The notes under the pieces are model-generated. The model saw only the letters and a program-made list of their open reading frames with translations. It was not told the origin of the DNA and ran no database searches. The position numbers were made by a program, and so were the translations under genes. 32,000 bases of DNA from Mucisphaera calidilacus (GTDB lineage: Bacteria > Planctomycetota > Phycisphaerae > Phycisphaerales > Phycisphaeraceae): positions 2,190,001-2,222,000 of the forward strand of contig NZ_CP036280.1 in NCBI RefSeq assembly GCF_007748075.1. The letters run 5' to 3'. This document shows, piece by piece, positions 26,038 through 32,000 of this stretch (the first letter of the stretch is position 1; every line of letters begins with the position of its first letter).

Positions 26038-26331
26038 TTACGGCGAATTGAGGGTGACCCAGGGGCGGAGACGTTCGAGGGTTTTGGGGCCGATGCGTGG
26101 GACGTCGTCGAGTTGGGTGATGGTGGTAAAGGGGCCGTGGCGTTCGCGGTGCTCGATGATGTTTTCGCTGAGTTTGGGTCCGATGCCCGGGAGGAGCTGG
26201 AGGTCGGCGGCGGGGGCGGCGTTGACGTCGATGCGCAGGCCGGCGGGCCGGGGCGCGATGGTGTTGATAGGGATGGGGCAGAGGAGCGCGGCGAGGATCG
26301 GGAGGATCAGCAGCGGGCAATATTTCCACAT
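26038..26331 (-). CDS. comEA: ComEA-family helix-hairpin-helix DNA-binding protein (exported)
   Basis: Signal-like N-terminus MWKYCPLLILPILAALLC, then IDVNAAPAADLQLLPGIGPKLSENIIEHRERHGPFTTITQLDDVPRIGPKTLERLRPWV, a tandem HhH ComEA signature. Confidence 0.8.
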   Translation of the reverse strand: MWKYCPLLILPILAALLCPIPINTIAPRPAGLRIDVNAAPAADLQLLPGIGPKLSENIIEHRERHGPFTTITQLDDVPRIGPKTLERLRPWVTLNSP

Positions 26332-26346
26332 GTGATCATTGTATCA

Positions 26347-27867
26347 TCAGGCCGGCTGCTGGGGCTGGAGGTTGAAGCGTTTGCGGAGTTCGAGGAGTCG
26401 TGCGGCGGCGGGTTTGGGTTCGAGGTTCTCGGCGAGGAGTCCTGCGAGGGGCAGTGACATGTCGGGGTGGTCGACGACTTCTTTCCAGAGGACGGTTTCG
26501 ACGAAGGGTCGGCTGGCGGCGATCTGTGTGACGGCTTCGAGCCAGTGCCCCTGCACGGTGGCGTTCCAGGGTCGTCGCCAGATGCCGCACTCGGAGTCGG
26601 CGGGGAGGTCGGAGTCGGTGTCGTTGATCATCTCGGAGGTGACGGGTGAGGAGGGCACGCCGATGACGACCTGGAGGGGTTTGCCGAGGGCACCGTAGCG
26701 GTCGATGAGGGTGGCGAGCTGCATGAGGTCGCGGCAGAACTGTCCGGGCTGTGCCTGGCCCATGAGGATCTGGAGGCTGAATCCGTCGAAGACGTTTCCG
26801 GCCTGGACGACGAGGTCGGCGTAGAGGGCTGGGGGGATGGATCGGACGTTGGCGGCGAAGTACTCGCCGAAGGGCTGTCGGAGGCCGATGAGGGCTCGTG
26901 AGACGGGCTGGATGCGTTTGACGAGTCTTGTGGCGGTCCGGGTGATGTCCATGACCTGGTCGAAGGAGAAGGGGAAGTTCTGGTTGACGTGGAGCCCGGA
27001 GACGACGTTCCAGACGGCGACGCGGTCTTTGTAGCGTGTGACGACGCGTTCGACGTGGTCGTAGATGAGGTCGCGGATGGTCTCGAAGTCGTGTTCCCAG
27101 ATGTAGACCCAGTCGGGGACGTGTCCGGTCTCGAAGCTGATGAGGGGTCCGGCGGCGAGGGGGATGTTTCGTTCGGAGGCCCAGTCGACCCAGCGGTCCA
27201 TGTCGTCCCAGCGGTTGCCGTCTTCTTCGGGAGCGAGGGCGTTCCAGGGGCACTGGAGTGCGACGAGTGAGCCGACGCCGGCGAGGATTTTCATGGCGTG
27301 GTCGGAGGCGTGGGCGAGGGGGACGCCGATGCCCAGGGCGTGTGGCGGGAGTTTTCCGGTCTGGATGCGTCGTTCGAGGAGGAGTTCGGCGTGGGCGAGT
27401 GCGAGTTCTTCGCTGGCGTCGATGGCGGCGATGAGCGCGTTGTGGGCGTGGTGGTCGGCGGCGGCGGGGTCGTCGTGGACGACGCAGAGCGCCTCGATGA
27501 AGGCCTGTCGTGCCTCTCGGGCGCGTCGGTGGACGGGGTGGTCCTGTGGCAGGTCGAACATGGCCCACTCTTCGAGGAGGGCGTAGAGGTTCATGAGTCG
27601 GTGGCGTGCGAGCTCGATGCTGAGCCGGTAGGGGTGGTCGCGGTCGGGCAGGAGGCAGGTCTGGAGGGTGAGTTGTCCGAGTTCGCCGACGGGATAGAGG
27701 AGAGCGACGGCGGTGGCGACGAGGTCGCGTCGGTCGACGGTGAGGACGCCTTCTTCGAGGGAGATAGTGGCTCTGAGGGGGTGGCTGTCGGGGCCGATGG
27801 CGTGGGCGTTGCGGGTGATCCATTCCTGCCCGAAGGTGTCAGAGAGGGGCAGATAGAACCTGAGCAT
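26347..27867 (-). CDS. TIM-barrel glycoside-hydrolase-like protein (GH10/xylanase-like), possibly non-catalytic
   Basis: 506-aa ORF in the NNC dialect expected for a minus-strand gene in the right half. Weak GH10-like blocks are present: WDDMDRWVDWASERNIPLAAGPL, RVAVWNVVSGLH (position of the WDVVNE acid/base motif), FDGFSLQILMG and GKPLQVVIGVPS (position of the ITELD nucleophile motif). The family call rests on motif resemblance only. The overlapping 495-aa ORF in another frame is a Pro/Arg shadow. Confidence 0.55.
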   Translation of the reverse strand: MLRFYLPLSDTFGQEWITRNAHAIGPDSHPLRATISLEEGVLTVDRRDLVATAVALLYPVGELGQLTLQTCLLPDRDHPYRLSIELARHRLMNLYALLEEWAMFDLPQDHPVHRRAREARQAFIEALCVVHDDPAAADHHAHNALIAAIDASEELALAHAELLLERRIQTGKLPPHALGIGVPLAHASDHAMKILAGVGSLVALQCPWNALAPEEDGNRWDDMDRWVDWASERNIPLAAGPLISFETGHVPDWVYIWEHDFETIRDLIYDHVERVVTRYKDRVAVWNVVSGLHVNQNFPFSFDQVMDITRTATRLVKRIQPVSRALIGLRQPFGEYFAANVRSIPPALYADLVVQAGNVFDGFSLQILMGQAQPGQFCRDLMQLATLIDRYGALGKPLQVVIGVPSSPVTSEMINDTDSDLPADSECGIWRRPWNATVQGHWLEAVTQIAASRPFVETVLWKEVVDHPDMSLPLAGLLAENLEPKPAAARLLELRKRFNLQPQQPA

Positions 27868-27990
27868 GGGTGGATCCTGAGGGGGGTTCCGTGTCTTATG
27901 AGATGATGACCTGAGGTTGGCCGGGGGGCAAGCTGGAATGTTAAGCGTTGTCGTCAGCGTGACCTGCGTGAGGGGAGGGGGTGGGAGGTG

Positions 27991-28019
27991 TTGACGGTGA
28001 TAGCGGGCGTCTTTACAGT
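27991..28019 (+). promoter_or_regulatory. Candidate sigma70-type promoter for the HEAT-repeat gene
   Basis: TTGACG (27991-27996), 17-nt spacer, TACAGT (28014-28019). It lies 37 nt upstream of ATG 28056, with GGAG at 28042-28045. Pattern match only. Confidence 0.35.
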
Positions 28020-28055
28020 GCTGCGTGTCCGATTCCCCTCTGGAGTAGGCCGGTG

Positions 28056-30224
28056 ATGACGGTTTTCAGTGATCCGACGCGTCGCGTGCTGGCGGCCCTG
28101 GTTGTGTTGGTTAGTGTTCTGCCGGGAGCTGCGATGGCACAGCGTGCCGCGACGCTCTGGGACGACTTCAACCATTACTTGTTGATCGCACGCCCCGAGC
28201 TTGCAGCGGGCGCGGGCGAGGCTTTGCTCGAGGCGGTTGGGGACGACGGTCCTCAGTTGCTGGAGGTGGTTGAGTCCTCGGACTTCGCCGACTTCGAGAC
28301 GGCGTTGATCCGTGCGACGAAGGTCGCCGCGGTGGAGCCTGTGGCGAAGCGTCTTCTGGCGAAGATCCAGGAGGCTCAGGTAGCGGTTGCCCGTGATCCG
28401 GAGCGGATCCGAGCGAACATCGAGCGGCTGGCGGTGAACAAGCGTGCGTTCATCAACGCGGTTGAGCGTCTTCGCGGCGCGGGCCAGTTTGCGGCTCCGT
28501 TGCTTCTCGAGACTCTTCAGAACCCGAAGCAGGCGAGTCTGCACCCGTTTGTTCAGGAGGCGATGGTCTCGATCGGCCGTTCGCTGGTTTACCCGCTCTC
28601 GGAGGCGTTGCCCCAGTTGGAGCCGGTTCAGCAGCAGCAGATTTCTCAGGTGCTGATGCGGATTGGTTATCCGCAGGCGCTGCCTTATCTGCAGGAGGCG
28701 ATCGAGGATCCTTCGACGGACCCGACGGCGTTGACTTACCTGGTGGCGGCTCGTGACGCGTTGGTAGCCACGGTGAATGTTCCTGCTGAGACGCGGGCGT
28801 CGGTGCTTTACGTGGCGGCGGGCGAGGCTCAGTACGTCGCGGGGACGAACAAGACGGAGATTCCGGGTCTGGGCTCTCAGAGCGTGGACAGCACGATCTG
28901 GGAGTACACGCCTGAGACGGGTCTGGTGGCGATCAAGGTTCCGGACGCGATCTTCGCGGATGCGTTGGCGCTTCGTTCGGCGGTGAAGTCGATGAAGCTG
29001 GACCCGGAGACGGATTCGGCGATGACGCTTTTCCTGCGTTCGAACCTGCGTCGTGAGAACCGTCTGCCGGAGGGCGCTGTGGACCCGAGTTATGCGACGG
29101 ACATGCGTCCTGCGTCGTATTACGCGATGCTGGCCGGCCCTGAGCGTCTGCACGAGGTTCTGGACCGTGCCCTGGTGGATGAGGACCCGGTTCTGGCGTT
29201 GGACGCGATCGAGGCGCTGCGTAAGACCACGGGCGCGAACGCTCTGGTAGCGGGCACGGGCGGTCGCCAGCCGTTGCTGCGTGCGTTGAGCTTCCCGGAT
29301 CGTCGTGTTCGTTTCCGTGCTGCGGAGGCGTTGGCTGCGGCCCGTCCGGTTGAGACGTTTGACGAGGCGGATCGCGTGGTCCCGACGCTGGGCGAGGCGG
29401 TTCGCCAGTCGGACACGATGTACGCGGTGGTGGTTGCGGATGACAACGCGAACCTCAACACGGTGCTGGGCATCGTGGGTGAGCTGGGTTACGAGGCGTT
29501 CGGCGGTTTGTCGCGTGAGGACGTTGAGGAGCAGATCGCTTTGCTGCCCGGCGTGGACCTTGTGGTTCTGGCGTTGGGTGAGAGTGACGTCGAGGGGTTC
29601 TTCCTGGACACGAAGGGTGATCGTCGGCTGGGCGGGACGCCGGTGCTGGCGCTGGTCTCGGCGGCGGAGCAGATCACGCTGACGGAGACCTTCCGAGCCG
29701 AGGAGCGTTTTGCCAGCGCGGTGATGACCGAGAGTGTCGGCGCCATGCAGGCGGCGGTGGCGTCGGTGACGGAGCGTTACGCGGGGTATCGGATCGAGGG
29801 TGGCGAGGCGGAGGCGTTTGCCCTGACGGCGTTGGACCTTCTCGAGCGGATCGGTTCGACCGACCCTGTCTACTTCGCGGGTGATGCGGAGGTGGCGATG
29901 ATCCAGGCGTTGACCGACGAGCGTGAGAGCGTGGTGGTGGCGGCGGGTGCGGCGTTGGAGAATCTGCCTTCTGCGACGGCTCAGATCGCGTTGGCGGATG
30001 CGGCGCTTCGTGCGTCGGGTGAGGTTCAGCTGTCGCTGCTGGCGAGCCTGGCGGAGTCGGCGCGTTACAACGGCAACAAGCTCGATGATCGCCTGATCCG
30101 AGGCGTGCGTGAGCTGGTGGTGTCGAGTGAGGGCGCGTTGGCCTTAGAGGCGGCCCGAGCCCACGGCGCATTGACGCTGCCCACGGAAAGCGGCGTCGAG
30201 CAGGTTCTGCGTTACACCCGCTGA
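28056..30224 (+). CDS. Exported HEAT/PBS-lyase-type repeat protein with an embedded receiver-like alpha/beta module
   Basis: Start placed at ATG 28056, giving the signal peptide MTVFSDPTRRVLAALVVLVSVLPGAAMA|Q. HEAT-like repeats are present (FAAPLLLETLQNPK...VQEAMVSIG, ALPYLQEAIEDP, DEDPVLALDAIEALRK, LSFPDRRVRFRAAEALAAA, DERESVVVAAGAALENL). The track start at 27981 would lie upstream of the candidate promoter. Confidence 0.75.
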   Translation: MTVFSDPTRRVLAALVVLVSVLPGAAMAQRAATLWDDFNHYLLIARPELAAGAGEALLEAVGDDGPQLLEVVESSDFADFETALIRATKVAAVEPVAKRLLAKIQEAQVAVARDPERIRANIERLAVNKRAFINAVERLRGAGQFAAPLLLETLQNPKQASLHPFVQEAMVSIGRSLVYPLSEALPQLEPVQQQQISQVLMRIGYPQALPYLQEAIEDPSTDPTALTYLVAARDALVATVNVPAETRASVLYVAAGEAQYVAGTNKTEIPGLGSQSVDSTIWEYTPETGLVAIKVPDAIFADALALRSAVKSMKLDPETDSAMTLFLRSNLRRENRLPEGAVDPSYATDMRPASYYAMLAGPERLHEVLDRALVDEDPVLALDAIEALRKTTGANALVAGTGGRQPLLRALSFPDRRVRFRAAEALAAARPVETFDEADRVVPTLGEAVRQSDTMYAVVVADDNANLNTVLGIVGELGYEAFGGLSREDVEEQIALLPGVDLVVLALGESDVEGFFLDTKGDRRLGGTPVLALVSAAEQITLTETFRAEERFASAVMTESVGAMQAAVASVTERYAGYRIEGGEAEAFALTALDLLERIGSTDPVYFAGDAEVAMIQALTDERESVVVAAGAALENLPSATAQIALADAALRASGEVQLSLLASLAESARYNGNKLDDRLIRGVRELVVSSEGALALEAARAHGALTLPTESGVEQVLRYTR

Positions 30225-30254
30225 ATCAGTCAGAGCATTTTTGGCCCTTCAAGA

Positions 30255-30283
30255 CCGTCTCGGCAACGAGGCGGTTTTTCTTT
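30255..30283 (+). terminator. Rho-independent terminator after the HEAT-repeat gene
   Basis: Stem CCGTCTCG (30255-30262) / CGAGGCGG (30267-30274, one G-U pair), GCAA loop, then TTTTTCTTT. Confidence 0.65.
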
Positions 30284-30326
30284 GGCTGTGCTCAGGGTGA
30301 GTGAGCCCGGAGTCGCTCGATTTGGA

Positions 30327-31232
30327 TCAGGCGAGGAGTTCGGCGAGGAGGCCCTTCTGGGCGTGGAGTCGGTTGTGGGCCTGGGGGATGACGCGGCTGC
30401 GTGGGCCGTCGAAGACCTCGGCGGTGATCTCTTCGCCACGGTAGGCGGGCATGCAGTGGAGGACGATGGCGTGGTCGTTCGCGGCGGCGAGCATGTCGTC
30501 GTCGACGCGGTAGCCGGCGAAGGCCTTCTTGCGGGCTTCTTTCTCGTCTTCCTGCCCCATAGAGGTGAAGGTGTCGGTGTAGACGGCGTCGGCGCCGGCG
30601 ACGGCTTCGGCGGGGTCGGTGGTGAGGGTGGGTTTGAGGCCGAGTTGGGCCAGTTCGTCGACGAAGGCGGGGTCGAAGCCGTAGCCCTCGGGGCTGGCGA
30701 GTCGGAAGCCCATGCCCAGCTTGGCGCAGGCGGCGGCGAAGCTGCGTGCGACGTTGTTGCCGTCGCCGACGTAGGCGATGTTGCGGCCGGTGAGGTCTTC
30801 GCCGAACTCGTCGGAGAGGGTGAGGGCGTCGGCGAGTGCCTGTGCGGGGTGGGCGCGTTCGCTGAGCATGTTGACGACGGGTCTGCCGCTGAACTCGGCC
30901 ATGGCCTCGAGGTCGGCGTGTGCGAAGACACGTGCGCCGATGATGTCGACCATGCCGCCGAGGACGCGTGCGACGTCCTGGACGGGCTCGCGTTTGCCGA
31001 GACCGACTTCGTGCTGACCGAGGACCATGGGGTGTCCGCCGAGGTCGAGGACGGCCTGCTCGAAGCTGACGCGTGTGCGTAGGCTGGGCTTCTGGAAGAG
31101 CAGGGCCATGGTGAGGCCGTTGAGGGGGGTGCCGGTGGCCTGGCCGCGTTGACCGCGGAGGGCGCGTGCCCGGCTGAGCATGGCCTTGACGGTATCGGCG
31201 GGTGTCTGAGCGATGGTGAGGAAGTGTTTCAT
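30327..31232 (-). CDS. argF: Ornithine carbamoyltransferase
   Basis: FQKPSLRTRVSFE (SxRTR), HPAQALAD (HPxQ), YVGDGNNVA, FTSMGQE and HCMPAYRGEE (HCLP-type) are present. Its start overlaps the argB stop by 4 nt. Confidence 0.95.
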   Translation of the reverse strand: MKHFLTIAQTPADTVKAMLSRARALRGQRGQATGTPLNGLTMALLFQKPSLRTRVSFEQAVLDLGGHPMVLGQHEVGLGKREPVQDVARVLGGMVDIIGARVFAHADLEAMAEFSGRPVVNMLSERAHPAQALADALTLSDEFGEDLTGRNIAYVGDGNNVARSFAAACAKLGMGFRLASPEGYGFDPAFVDELAQLGLKPTLTTDPAEAVAGADAVYTDTFTSMGQEDEKEARKKAFAGYRVDDDMLAAANDHAIVLHCMPAYRGEEITAEVFDGPRSRVIPQAHNRLHAQKGLLAELLA

Positions 31233-32000
31233 GAGGTGACCTGTGGTGCCTCTTCGAGAACGATTTCGGTTCCGATGCCCTGGTCGGTGTAGACCTCGAG
31301 GAGGAGGGCGTGTGGGATGCGTCCGTCGATGATGTGTGCCTTGCGGACGCCTGCCTCGAGCGCGATGAGGCTTGCTTCGACCTTGGGGAGCATGCCGGCG
31401 TTGATGACGCCTGTGTCGATGAGCTGTTCGATCTCGGCGCGTGAGAGGTGTCGGGCGAGGTCGTCTTCGTTGTCGGATCGTCGGATGCCGTGGGTGTCGC
31501 TGACGAGGACGATTTTCTCGGCTCGGACGGCGGCGGCGACGTGTCCGGCGACGGAGTCGGCGTTGATGTTGAGTTTTCCGCCGGCGCGGTCCTTGGCGAT
31601 GGGCGCGATGACGGGGACGTGGTCGGAGGAGACGAGTGCGCTGAGGAGCGGCGCGTTGACGCTGGTGACCTGTCCGACGAGCCCGATGTCGATCTTTCGG
31701 CCCTGCTCTCCTGGGAGTGCGAGGCGTTCGGCGAAGACGACACAGCTGGAGAGGCTGTGGAGGCCCATGGCCTGGGTTCCGCCCTGGATGAGTCGGTCGA
31801 CCATCTGTCGGTTGATGTCGTTGACGAGGACGTGCTCGGCGATGGCGAGGGTTCGTTCGTCGGTGTAGCGTCGTCCCTGTACGAATTCGGCTTCGATGCC
31901 GGCGTCGTTCATGGCGGCGGTGATGCCCTTGCCCCCGCCGTGGACGAGGATGGGTCTCATGCCGACGGCGGCCATGAAGCTGACGTCGTCGAGGAGTCGG
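31229..32000 (-). CDS. argB: Acetylglutamate kinase (partial; N-terminus outside the window)
   Basis: G.RPILVHGGG, GRRYTDE, NINAD and GVIN.GM.PK are present. The reading frame stays open upstream of the track Met (...RLLDDVSFMAAVGMRP...) to the window edge, so the gene is 5'-truncated here. Confidence 0.9.
   Translation of the reverse strand, partial: RLLDDVSFMAAVGMRPILVHGGGKGITAAMNDAGIEAEFVQGRRYTDERTLAIAEHVLVNDINRQMVDRLIQGGTQAMGLHSLSSCVVFAERLALPGEQGRKIDIGLVGQVTSVNAPLLSALVSSDHVPVIAPIAKDRAGGKLNINADSVAGHVAAAVRAEKIVLVSDTHGIRRSDNEDDLARHLSRAEIEQLIDTGVINAGMLPKVEASLIALEAGVRKAHIIDGRIPHALLLEVYTDQGIGTEIVLEEAPQVTS

Noticed and set aside
26336-27823. Right-half shadow ORFs with the mirrored pattern. Pro/Arg-rich ORFs are now on the - strand (26336..27823, 27954..29153, 30292..31743, 29674..30171). 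Gly/Val-rich ORFs are on the + strand (27298..27906, 30282..31082).
   Set aside because: The reasoning is the same as above. They overlap the GH10-like, HEAT, argF and argB genes. They are useful only as evidence for the skew flip.

Overview
High-GC bacterial chromosomal segment (about two-thirds G+C in spot counts). The gene content loosely suggests a Planctomycetota/Phycisphaerae-like organism: an oversized secretin, bactofilins, an exported HEAT-repeat protein, and a DHS-like gene. That placement is a low-confidence inference. I support about 27 protein genes, mostly housekeeping. On the minus strand there is an rpmA-obg-coaX-membrane protein-GTPase string. Other genes are floA, a giant secretin, a DHS-like gene followed by an MraY/WecA-family transferase, a TPR protein, kdsB, pcrA/uvrD-trpF-trpS, fliD-fliS, a family-4 uracil-DNA glycosylase, a bactofilin pair, a GH10-like gene followed by comEA, and argF-argB. 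I saw no rRNA, tRNA, CRISPR array, transposase, integrase or recognisable defence module. The strongest signal is compositional rather than genic. The + strand is C+A-rich from 1 to about 23.3 kb and G+T-rich from about 23.8 kb onward, regardless of gene orientation. This gives two mirror-image codon dialects. The flip has origin-type polarity, but I found no canonical DnaA-box cluster and no dnaA/dnaN. It could therefore be a non-canonical origin or a rearrangement breakpoint. About 0.7 kb to the right of the flip is a run of CGTTTT tracts spaced about 10 bp apart, embedded in a coding linker. Other items worth a second look are a 1058-aa FliD with about 5 tandem 100-aa modules, an orphan secretin with a roughly 550-aa coiled-coil N-terminus, a zinc-ribbon-bactofilin fusion, an rpmA lacking rplU whose upstream region carries three 10-bp-phased TTCCGGG repeats, and a HEAT protein with an embedded degenerate receiver-like domain. 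All functional calls come from motif recognition by eye. No database search was run.
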